Assembly: GCA_964496505.1 (NCBI GenBank)
Contig: CAZBZV010000008.1
Location: forward strand, 14,328-78,327
Reading direction: 5' to 3'
DNA: 64,000 nucleotides
DNA from: an uncultured Ignavibacteria bacterium
Lineage (GTDB): Bacteria > Zixibacteria > MSB-5A5 > JAABVY01
The position numbers were made by a program, and so were the translations under genes. The stretch's first letter is position 1; each line of letters starts with the position of its first letter. The notes below the pieces were generated by a model. The model was not told where the DNA came from, searched no databases, and was given only the letters and a program-made list of their open reading frames with translations. Of the stretch, positions 1 to 7,671 are shown piece by piece.

Positions 1-284
1 ATATTGCCCTGGGGGATACCGCCGCGGCAATGGTGGGACGGCGCTGGGGGTTTCATAGATACGGCAACAAATCGATCGAGGGTTCTCTGGGATTCTTTAT
101 TGTGACCGCCGCAGCCGGAATCGGATTCCATTATCTCTACCCGGGCGGGCTTCCGATAATAGCGGCGGTTGCGGGCGCCTCGGTGGCCACGATTGTAGAG
201 GCTATGACAGTTCGCTCGGACGATAATATGACCGTCCCGATAGTAAGCGGGCTATTCATGCAAATCCTGATAGCCTTTATTTGA
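1..284 (+). CDS. C-terminal fragment of a CTP-dependent polyprenol (dolichol/phytol) kinase / cytidylyltransferase-family membrane protein; the 5' end lies outside the window
   Basis: The frame is open from the window edge. It reads IALGDTAAAMVGRRWG...NKSIEGSLGFF, the GDxxAxxxGxxxG...K.xEGS motif of this superfamily, followed by a hydrophobic tail. Confidence 0.5.
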   Translation, partial: IALGDTAAAMVGRRWGFHRYGNKSIEGSLGFFIVTAAAGIGFHYLYPGGLPIIAAVAGASVATIVEAMTVRSDDNMTVPIVSGLFMQILIAFI

Positions 285-351
285 CTTGACAGACAAAACC
301 CCTCAATCTACCTTAATAGATTAAATTTCATCGAGAGTACAGGAGTTAATT

Positions 352-1386
352 ATGAAATATATCGATCTGCGTTCCGATACAGTAACCCGTCCATCAGATA
401 AGATGCGTGAAATAATTGCCTCAGCCGAGGTGGGGGATGATGTTTTTGGGGATGATCCCACGGTAAACGAATTGCAGGAAAAAGTGGCAAAATTATTCGG
501 TAAAGAGGCCGCTCTGTATGTGCCCTCGGGTTCGATGGGAAATCTTGTAGCAATCAAGACCCACACCAATCCCGGCGAGGAGGCGATCTTCGAAGAGGAT
601 TGCCATTCGCTTAATTACGAAGCCGGTTCTATGGGCGCGGTGGCGGGACTGGTCTCGCATACATTCCGTGGAAATCATGGGGTCATGACTCGTGAGCAGG
701 TCGAGCCGTATATCAAAAAGAAGTCCCTGCATACTCCACCTACGACTTTGATTGCCCTGGAGAACACTCATAATCATGCGGGCGGTACTATCTATCCACT
801 GGAGGAGATCAAGAAACTGCGTGATATGGCCGACGAGCACGGCCTTAAGATGCATCTCGACGGCGCCCGTATCTGGAATGCTTCGATCGCCACCGGAATT
901 ACTCTGGATGAATACTGCCGGTATTTCGATTCGATCCAGTGCTGTTTTTCTAAAGGTCTGGGAGCGCCAATCGGATCGATTGTTATCGGGGATGGTGAGT
1001 TCATCGAAAAAGCCCGCCGCTTCCGCAAAATGTTCGGCGGGGGTATGCGTCAGGTTGGAATACTTGCCTCTGCTGCTATTTATGCGCTTGATAACAATAT
1101 GCCTCGTATGAGCGAAGATCATGAAAATGCTTCCTTCCTGGCTGAAAACCTGGCCAAAATAGACGGTATTGATATTGATCTTGAATCGGTTCAGACCAAT
1201 ATCGTAATCATGAATATCGCTTCATCGGGAAAAGAGGTTCCGGATGTGCTCTCGGAGCTTAAGGACATGGATGTGCTGGCAGTGCAGTTCGGCGCCACCA
1301 AAATCCGCTGTGTTACACATCTGGATCTCGATCGCGCAGATATCGAAACAGCGATAGAGAAGTTCAAAGCGGTCTTTAGCAGTTAA
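352..1386 (+). CDS. ltaE: low-specificity L-threonine aldolase (PLP-dependent)
   Basis: 344-aa ORF. IDLRSDTVTRPS, GDDVFGDDPTVNELQ and SGSMGNLVA are hallmark threonine aldolase motifs. Full length, with stop at 1386. Confidence 0.85.
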   Translation: MKYIDLRSDTVTRPSDKMREIIASAEVGDDVFGDDPTVNELQEKVAKLFGKEAALYVPSGSMGNLVAIKTHTNPGEEAIFEEDCHSLNYEAGSMGAVAGLVSHTFRGNHGVMTREQVEPYIKKKSLHTPPTTLIALENTHNHAGGTIYPLEEIKKLRDMADEHGLKMHLDGARIWNASIATGITLDEYCRYFDSIQCCFSKGLGAPIGSIVIGDGEFIEKARRFRKMFGGGMRQVGILASAAIYALDNNMPRMSEDHENASFLAENLAKIDGIDIDLESVQTNIVIMNIASSGKEVPDVLSELKDMDVLAVQFGATKIRCVTHLDLDRADIETAIEKFKAVFSS

Positions 1387-1411
1387 AAATCATATCTAAT
1401 CGAAATATCCC

Positions 1412-1448
1412 TTGCTTTATGACATATATTTGGCTATTTTGCCAAATA
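1412..1448 (+). promoter_or_regulatory. sigma70-like promoter with a candidate ArsR operator
   Basis: The promoter reads TTGCTT (1412-1417), 17 nt spacer, TATTTT (1435-1440). Perfect inverted arms TATTTGGC (1427-1434) and GCCAAATA (1441-1448) bracket the -10. The site lies about 30 nt upstream of the arsR ATG. Confidence 0.35.
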
Positions 1449-1477
1449 ACCAATAATATATTTGCGTAATGTAAGCG

Positions 1478-1801
1478 ATGGACAAGAAAACAAAAAATCT
1501 ATTTGAAGCCAGAGCGAAGATCATCAAGGCCCTGGCACATCCGGCCCGTCTGTTTATAGTCGATCAGCTATCGCACGGAGAGAAATGCGTATGCGAGTTG
1601 ACAGAGATGATCGGTTCCGATGTTTCGACAATATCGAAACATCTCGGAATACTCAGGAATAACGGAATCATCTCTTACGAAAAGCGCGGCACACAGGTTT
1701 TCTATTCGCTTAGGGTGCCCTGTGTGCTGAACTTCTTCAGTTGTGTGGAATCGGTAATCAGCTCCAATGCCCGTGAGCAGTTGTTACTGCTAAAGGAATA
1801 G
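1478..1801 (+). CDS. arsR: ArsR/SmtB-family metalloregulator
   Basis: 107 aa with the winged-helix signature ALAHPARLFIVDQL...CVCEL...STISKHLGILRNNGII. The CVC metal(loid)-binding motif sits in helix 3. It is the first gene of the ars operon. Confidence 0.85.
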   Translation: MDKKTKNLFEARAKIIKALAHPARLFIVDQLSHGEKCVCELTEMIGSDVSTISKHLGILRNNGIISYEKRGTQVFYSLRVPCVLNFFSCVESVISSNAREQLLLLKE

Positions 1802-1835
1802 CTGAAGGTCACATGAGCCGGATAATTTAAATATT

Positions 1836-3134
1836 ATGAGATGGCAGTCTGAATGGAAGCCGCTGGTTTTAATCAGCGGGGTGTTTCTTGCATTTTTCTA
1901 TATCCCCTTTAATGTAACGGGTATCGAAAATGCTATTATGGAAGCTTTGAAGCTGACCCAATGGTATGCCCGCGAGCATGTTATATTATGCCTGATACCG
2001 GCTTTTTATATCGCCGGGGCGATTGCCGTATTTATCAGCCAGGCCTCTGTAATAAAATATCTCGGTGCGAAGGCCAACAAGGTGCTTTCCTATGGAGTCG
2101 CCTCGGTTTCGGGTACGATTCTGGCTGTCTGTTCCTGCACGGTACTGCCGCTTTTTGCGGGGATTTACAAGATGGGCGCGGGGATTGGTCCCGCCACCGC
2201 CTTTCTTTATTCCGGCCCTGCCATAAATGTTCTGGCGATAATCCTGACCGCCAGAGTCCTGGGGCTTGGATTGGGGGTTGCGCGGGCGGTGGGCGCAATC
2301 GTTTTCAGTATTATAATCGGCCTGATTATGCATCTGATTTTCCGCAATGATGAAAAAGAGAAAGCAAGCGCTCAAATGGCTATGCCGGAATCGGATGACG
2401 GGCGTTCACTTTTGCAGAATGGGATATATTTTGCGGCCATGATTGCGATTCTTGTATTCGCCAACTGGGGCAGGCCGGATGAATCGGCGGGAATCTGGTA
2501 CACAATTTATTCGTATAAATGGATCATTACCGGTTTTGCAGCAATCTTGCTGGGCATTGTATTGGTTTTCTGGTTTAAAATGAAATGGTGGAAACTAATT
2601 CTGGTCGCAATTCCCGCTATTGTTCTGGCCATCGCAGTGCCGCATGAGCCAATGATCGCTTTTGCCGCGGCAGTAATCGGATTTTCGATCGTTACCGCAA
2701 CATCAAAAGGCGAATCTTCGGAATGGTTTGATCAGACCTGGGGCTTCACCAAGCAGATTCTGCCGCTTCTATTTGCCGGTGTCCTGATCGCGGGGCTGCT
2801 TCTGGGTCGTCCCGGTCATGAAGGATTGATACCCTCGGAATGGATCAGCAGTTCGGTTGGAGGAAATTCGTTGTGGGCAAACCTTTTCGCATCAGTGGTG
2901 GGGGCTTTTATGTATTTCGCGACTTTGACCGAGGTGCCGATTTTGCAGGGATTAATCGGCAACGGCATGGGCAAAGGACCGTCGCTGGCGCTTCTGCTGG
3001 CCGGGCCTGCCCTGTCACTGCCAAACATGCTTGTCATACGGTCTGTGATTGGAACGAAGAAGACATTTGTTTTTGTATTGCTGGTGGTAGTTATGGCGAC
3101 TATCTCCGGCCTGATATATGTTTCGTTTTTCTAA
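1836..3134 (+). CDS. COG0701/DUF318-type permease (ArsP-like) with a CSC motif
   Basis: 432-aa polytopic membrane protein. AVCSCTVLPLFAG and the repeated SGPAINV / AGPALSLPN half-repeats are typical of the permease family that pairs with the small redox-active disulfide protein. Organoarsenical efflux (ArsP) is a possibility, not shown. Confidence 0.7.
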   Translation: MRWQSEWKPLVLISGVFLAFFYIPFNVTGIENAIMEALKLTQWYAREHVILCLIPAFYIAGAIAVFISQASVIKYLGAKANKVLSYGVASVSGTILAVCSCTVLPLFAGIYKMGAGIGPATAFLYSGPAINVLAIILTARVLGLGLGVARAVGAIVFSIIIGLIMHLIFRNDEKEKASAQMAMPESDDGRSLLQNGIYFAAMIAILVFANWGRPDESAGIWYTIYSYKWIITGFAAILLGIVLVFWFKMKWWKLILVAIPAIVLAIAVPHEPMIAFAAAVIGFSIVTATSKGESSEWFDQTWGFTKQILPLLFAGVLIAGLLLGRPGHEGLIPSEWISSSVGGNSLWANLFASVVGAFMYFATLTEVPILQGLIGNGMGKGPSLALLLAGPALSLPNMLVIRSVIGTKKTFVFVLLVVVMATISGLIYVSFF

Positions 3135-3172
3135 TAAAAACCGATTTTGGATGTACTTAAGGAGCGTTTTAA

Positions 3173-4408
3173 ATGAAGAATGATTCAGGCCCCTCGACAA
3201 ACTGGAAGGCATATGCAATAATCAGCCTGCTTGGAATTCTTGCAATTACGCTTGCGGCGGCAATTTTCAGGCTCTGGGTGTTGACCGCAATCCCGATAGG
3301 ATTTTTATTTGGCTTCTTTCTTCAAAAAGGTGATTTGTGCGGATCATCGGCATTCAGCGAGATTATAATGATGCGCGATTCGGGCAAGATTGTCGGTTTA
3401 TGGGTGCTGATTGTAATTGCCATGCTTGGAATCGGCTGCCTGGATTTGCTGGGATGGATCAAGTTGAATCCAAAACCCCTTGTATATCTAAATTACATAA
3501 TAGGCGGCGTTATTTTTGGTTCAGGCATGGTGCTGGCGGGCGGATGTATTAGCGGCTGTCTGTACAAAGGCGCGGCCGGCAATCTCAACTCGATCGCGGC
3601 GCTTCTAAGTATCCCTGTGGGAGTTATGCTGGTGGAGTTTGGTCCTCTCAACGGTGCACATCTTTGGATGAAAAAGCATATCATATCGCTGGCAAGCGGA
3701 GAGAAAGTGAGCCTGTATGCGCTCACCGGACTGCCATTCTGGGCTCTTGCATTGATTTTCGCAGGCATCACCTTTGCATTTGTTATCGCTCTTAAGCGAC
3801 GAAAACCAAAAGCAGATCATTCAATCAAAAAGGATGCTGCGCCTTTGCTCAAGCGGGCAATGACCAGGTCCTGGAGGCCCTGGGTGGCCGGCGTTGCTAT
3901 CGGACTTTTGATGGTCCCGGCTTATCTGTCATCAGCGGCCAGCGGACGAAATTATCCGCTTGGTGTTACTCATGGGGTTATGCAGGCAGAGCTGCTCCTG
4001 ATAGATAACGGTTTTAACCATGTTTATTCAAAAAAACCGGCTGAAGCAGCCAGTATAAAAAACGCAATCATTCCCCCATCAGAGAAAAAAGTGAGCGGAA
4101 AAAAAGTGGTCTGGTGGCTGGTGGCGGGTGTATTGAGCCTGATGATTGGTTCATGGGTCTCGGCAAGGATGGCCGGACGGGCCAGGCTTCTTCCAAAACC
4201 ACCTGACGAAATCCTGATCGCCCTGCTGGGAGGATTGATGATCGGAGCGGGCGCGGCTATTGCGGGAGGATGTGTGGTCGGAAATATTATGTCCGGCTGG
4301 GCTTTAATGAGCGTTGGCACTATTATATTTGGAGTGGTGGTCGTATTAACAAATTGGGCAACAACATATATCTATATGATGGGCGGGCAGCGAGTTCGAA
4401 AGACTTAA
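3173..4408 (+). CDS. YeeE/YedE-family (sulfur/selenium-compound transport) membrane protein with two fused domains
   Basis: 411 aa. Each half carries the GDLCGSSAF / AGGCISGCLYKG and AGGCVVGNIMSG cysteine-loop motifs characteristic of YeeE/YedE. Confidence 0.8.
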   Translation: MKNDSGPSTNWKAYAIISLLGILAITLAAAIFRLWVLTAIPIGFLFGFFLQKGDLCGSSAFSEIIMMRDSGKIVGLWVLIVIAMLGIGCLDLLGWIKLNPKPLVYLNYIIGGVIFGSGMVLAGGCISGCLYKGAAGNLNSIAALLSIPVGVMLVEFGPLNGAHLWMKKHIISLASGEKVSLYALTGLPFWALALIFAGITFAFVIALKRRKPKADHSIKKDAAPLLKRAMTRSWRPWVAGVAIGLLMVPAYLSSAASGRNYPLGVTHGVMQAELLLIDNGFNHVYSKKPAEAASIKNAIIPPSEKKVSGKKVVWWLVAGVLSLMIGSWVSARMAGRARLLPKPPDEILIALLGGLMIGAGAAIAGGCVVGNIMSGWALMSVGTIIFGVVVVLTNWATTYIYMMGGQRVRKT

Positions 4409-4437
4409 CAGATTGTTTTATGATAGGAGTGAAGCAT

Positions 4438-4671
4438 ATGAAGAAAATAGAAATACTGGGCACCGGCTGCCCTAAATGCCAGAAAATGGCCGAGTGTGCC
4501 GAGGAAGCCGCCAAAGAGCTTGGGATCGAATATGAGCTGAAAAAGATTACCGATATCGCTGAAATCACAAGCCACGGTGTTATGATGACTCCGGCTTTGG
4601 TGGTTGACGGCAAGGTAAAAATCGTGGGAAAAGTGCCCTCGAAAGATGAGCTTAAAAATCTAATTGCATAG
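4438..4671 (+). CDS. small redox-active disulfide protein (thioredoxin fold, CPKC), cytoplasmic
   Basis: MKKIEILGTGCPKCQ...VMMTPALVVDGKVK is the classic TM0996/MTH895-type mini-thioredoxin. I chose the ATG at 4438, preceded by GGAG at 4426-4429. The tracked ORF start at 4270 overlaps yeeE and is rejected. Confidence 0.85.
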   Translation: MKKIEILGTGCPKCQKMAECAEEAAKELGIEYELKKITDIAEITSHGVMMTPALVVDGKVKIVGKVPSKDELKNLIA

Positions 4672-4695
4672 TTCTCGAATGATGGGAGGATCATA

Positions 4696-5211
4696 ATGTT
4701 TAAAAGAGCGACACTCATACTAATTCTTTTACTTTTTGCGTTTTCCGGACTCGTCGTGGGCCAATCCTCGGAAAAGCAGGAATCACAAAAATTGCCGCTT
4801 AAACCTTTCACCTCAGAAGAGAAGGTTACCGATTCGACCGCGGCCGCAAAGACTGAGGCAAAGGAAAAAATCGAAAGCAAGGTTATTGCCTACTACTTCC
4901 ACAGCACCCGCCGCTGTGCGACCTGCAAAAAGCTGGAGGAGTATGCCAGGGAGGCGATTGAGGGCGGCTTCGAGGATGAGCTGGAAAAAGGCACACTGGA
5001 ATTAAAGGCGGTTAATACCGACGAGGATGAAAACAAGCATTATATCGACGATTACAAGCTCTATACCAAGGCTCTTATATTATCCAGAGTGAAAGAAGGT
5101 GAAGAGGTTGAATGGGTCAATCTCGACAAGATATGGAAGCTGGTTGGCAACGAGGACAAATATAAAGCTTATGTCACAAGCGAGCTTGAGGAGTTCCTGG
5201 GAGAGAATTGA
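4696..5211 (+). CDS. exported thioredoxin-like protein with CATC motif (ArsF-like family)
   Basis: Signal peptide MFKRATLILILLLFAFSGLVVGQ, a low-complexity linker, then YYFHSTRRCATCKKLEEY...DDYKLYTKALIL. I recall this pattern as the 'ArsF family' thioredoxin-like protein. Not verified by search. Confidence 0.6.
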   Translation: MFKRATLILILLLFAFSGLVVGQSSEKQESQKLPLKPFTSEEKVTDSTAAAKTEAKEKIESKVIAYYFHSTRRCATCKKLEEYAREAIEGGFEDELEKGTLELKAVNTDEDENKHYIDDYKLYTKALILSRVKEGEEVEWVNLDKIWKLVGNEDKYKAYVTSELEEFLGEN

Positions 5212-5906
5212 TGGAGAGCATTCTTATCGGGATCGGTTCGGCGTTTTGGCTGGGGGTGTTAACCTCGGTCAGCCCCTGCCCTCTTGCGACAAATATCGCG
5301 GCCATATCATATATCGGAAAGCGTGTATCCAATCCGCGAATGGTCGTGCTTTCGGGTATGTTATATATGCTCGGAAGAGTGGTTGCATACCTGGGGCTGG
5401 GAATTCTGATTGTAGCGAGCGCATTGTCGATTCCGGAAATCGCCTGGTTTTTGCAGAAAAATATGAACCAGTTTCTGGGGCCGATACTGGTGATTGCAGG
5501 CATTTTACTTCTGGGCTTTATCAAATTCAGTCTTCCCGGCGGAGGTATCAGCGAGAAAATGCAAAAGCGGGTCGAGCGTTTGGGAATCTGGGGCGCGGGC
5601 CTTCTGGGTATCCTGTTTGCGCTTTCCTTCTGCCCGGTGTCGGCGGCGCTTTTCTTCGGCAGCCTGATTCCCCTCTCGGTTAAACACGGATCAAGTTATA
5701 TGCTGCCGTCGGTTTATGGCATCGGTACCGCTCTGCCGGTGATCGTTTTTGCATTTATAATCGGTTTTGGAACTCATTATCTCAGCCAGGTGTTTAACAA
5801 AATCACAAAGTTTGAGCTGTGGGCGCGGAAAATTACCGGGATAATTTTTATAGCCGTCGGGATTTATTATATACTCATATATTACTTTGGGATAACCCTG
5901 TTTTAG
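5208..5906 (+). CDS. CcdA/DsbD-family membrane thiol:disulfide electron transporter (ArsG-like)
   Basis: 232 aa with about 6 TM segments. One Cys sits in TM1 (SVSPCPLATN) and one in TM4 (LSFCPVSAALF), as in CcdA. The ATG overlaps the upstream stop (TGATGG). Confidence 0.75.
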   Translation: MMESILIGIGSAFWLGVLTSVSPCPLATNIAAISYIGKRVSNPRMVVLSGMLYMLGRVVAYLGLGILIVASALSIPEIAWFLQKNMNQFLGPILVIAGILLLGFIKFSLPGGGISEKMQKRVERLGIWGAGLLGILFALSFCPVSAALFFGSLIPLSVKHGSSYMLPSVYGIGTALPVIVFAFIIGFGTHYLSQVFNKITKFELWARKITGIIFIAVGIYYILIYYFGITLF

Positions 5907-6015
5907 ATTTTGGGATTTTCGCCAATATGTAATATACTTCGAATGGAAAATTGCAAATCCTAAATGGCCGCTATCCCGGCCATTAAAACACGGCCGTATT
6001 ACGGAGATGATGTGA

Positions 6016-7206
6016 ATGAGTAAGAAAAAACGCAAACAGAGCAAGAACACGAAAAAAACGGCTTCGCAGAAAAAGGAGCCGGAAATATATCAAAGGAACC
6101 ATAACCGTATTTATGTTATCCTGGCAGGAATAGTAGTTATAGTTGCCGCCGCGGTTATATTATTCAGCATGGATTTCGCAGAACTCGGAGGCAATAATGC
6201 CGGCGCAACTCTGGATCAATCCTCAGAGGCCGAATCCAATGCCAACCAGCCTCCCTCTGTCAAGGTAGGCGGTCCCTCAATATATCTCCCCGAGAAATCG
6301 TATGACTTTGACACAATTCCCGAGGGTGCGAAGGTGTCTCATACCTTTATAGTAAAAAATACAGGCACCGAGCCCCTGGAGCTAATCCGTGCCAAGGGAT
6401 CGTGAGGATGCACGGCGGCCGTACTGACAGAGACGGCCATTCCCCCGGGCGGGGAAGGTAAAATTGAGGTAACCTTTGATAGCAAAAAGAGACGTGGAAA
6501 ATCTATTAAGCATATAAGTGTCGAGTCAAACGATCCGGTCAGCCCGAAAGAATCTCTGACTATCTCTGCCTATGTCGAGGCAGAATTCGGCTTCGAAACC
6601 AATTCGCTTAACTTGGGCAGGATTCGTAAGGGCGAGTCTGTCAGCAGGACAGCAACCTTGCTTATGAAAGATACCTCCAAACGCGATTTGCTTGAAATCG
6701 GCTCAAAGTCTTCTCAAATTGATGTACAGATTGTTGATAACGATGATGAAAAGGATGGGGGAATTGAGGTTGAAGTAACCGTTAATGCAGACGATTCTTT
6801 CGGCAGGCTTGATGAGCGTGTTAGCGCCAAATTGACTGATGGTTCTCATCCCGAGTCTATCCTGCGGATTATTGCAAATATCATCGGGAATGTGGAGGTG
6901 GATCCGCGATCAATACACTTTATAATCGACACGGCACAGGCAGAGCCGGATGTTCCAATTCGAGAAGTAAAGGTCTTCAGCAACAGCGAGAACGCAGGGT
7001 TTGGGCTTTTGAGTGTTGAGGACACAAAAGACCTTTTGACGATTAATGCTGATACGATTATCGCCGGCAAGCAATACCGAATTTTGACAAGGCCGAATGA
7101 AAAGGCCATGAAACTAAATCGAATAACCTCAGGCTCAGTCAGGATAAAAACGGATGATCCAGAACAACCTGAAGTAAGCTTCAGTTATAGGATTGTTCTG
7201 CGCTGA
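6016..7206 (+). CDS. membrane-anchored DUF1573-domain protein with an in-frame UGA at codon 130 (candidate selenocysteine); read as one 396-aa product
   Basis: ORFs 6016-6405 and 6613-7206 are in the same frame, and there is no stop in the 207 nt between them. The translation across the TGA (6403-6405) reads FIVKNTGTEPLELIRAKGS-[TGA]-GCTAAVLTETAIPPGGEGKIEVTFD. That is the DUF1573 '...SCGCT...PG..G.I.V.F' core with the first Cys replaced by TGA. The N-terminus is a Lys-rich tail plus one TM helix. Confidence 0.55.
6403..6438 (+). promoter_or_regulatory. UGA codon plus SECIS-like stem-loop
   Basis: UGA at 6403-6405, then an 11-nt spacer. GGCCGU (6417-6422) pairs with ACGGCC (6433-6438). Inner C-G and U-A pairs are possible, which would leave a bulged A and a G-initiated apical loop GACAG. 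Confidence 0.45.
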
Positions 7207-7224
7207 AAATGACATGGAGGATAT

Positions 7225-7671
7225 TTGATAGATTCGAATGACAGGCTGAAAATCCTATTTCTTTGTACCGGCAATTCCTGCCGCAGCCAGATGGCCGAGG
7301 GATGGGCACGGCATCTTAAGGGCGATAAGATCGATCCTTACTCCGCCGGCATAGAAACTCATGGCTTGAACCAGAATGCGGTCAAAGTCATGGCCGAGGC
7401 AGGCGTGGATATATCGGGGCATAAATCCAAACATGTGCAGGATTTGCTGGATATCGGCTTTGACTATGTTGTTACGGTCTGCGATCATGCCAGCGAAAAT
7501 TGCCCGATTTTTCCGGGCAAGGCGAAAGTTATTCACAGGGGCTTCGATGATCCTCCCAGGCTGGCCAAAGACGCAAAGAGCGAAGAGGAAGCATTGGGAC
7601 ATTACAGAAGAGTGCGGGATGAGATCAGGGATTTTGTGAAAACACTGCCACAGGCATTGGGGCAAAAATGA
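7225..7671 (+). CDS. arsC: arsenate reductase, thioredoxin-coupled LMW-PTPase type
   Basis: [19 protein letters not shown]-loop plus [12 protein letters not shown], the Cys10/Cys82/Cys89 arrangement of pI258-type ArsC. The tracked start at 7225 is TTG, so the exact start is uncertain. Confidence 0.85.
   Translation: MIDSNDRLKILFLCTGNSCRSQMAEGWARHLKGDKIDPYSAGIETHGLNQNAVKVMAEAGVDISGHKSKHVQDLLDIGFDYVVTVCDHASENCPIFPGKAKVIHRGFDDPPRLAKDAKSEEEALGHYRRVRDEIRDFVKTLPQALGQK

Noticed and set aside
4270-4437. Long N-terminal extension of the mini-thioredoxin ORF (133 aa in the ORF track)
   Set aside because: The extension overlaps the 3' end of yeeE in another frame. The family is about 77 aa, and an ATG with GGAG upstream at 4438 gives the canonical MKKIEILGTGCPKC start.
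6403-6405. Genome-wide UGA reassignment (code 4 or 25) as the explanation for the in-frame TGA
   Set aside because: TGA clearly terminates other well-conserved genes here, for example arsC at the ATGA overlap at 7668-7671, anmK at 16305-16307 and the ArsF-like gene at 5209-5211.
6613-7206. Treating 6613-7206 (TTG start) and 6016-6405 as two independent genes
   Set aside because: Both parts are in the same frame with no stop in the 207 nt between them. The DUF1573 core motif runs straight across the TGA. The upstream piece would end mid-domain and the conserved downstream piece would have no start codon. Readthrough (Sec) or a very recent nonsense mutation fits better. A pseudogene remains the fallback.
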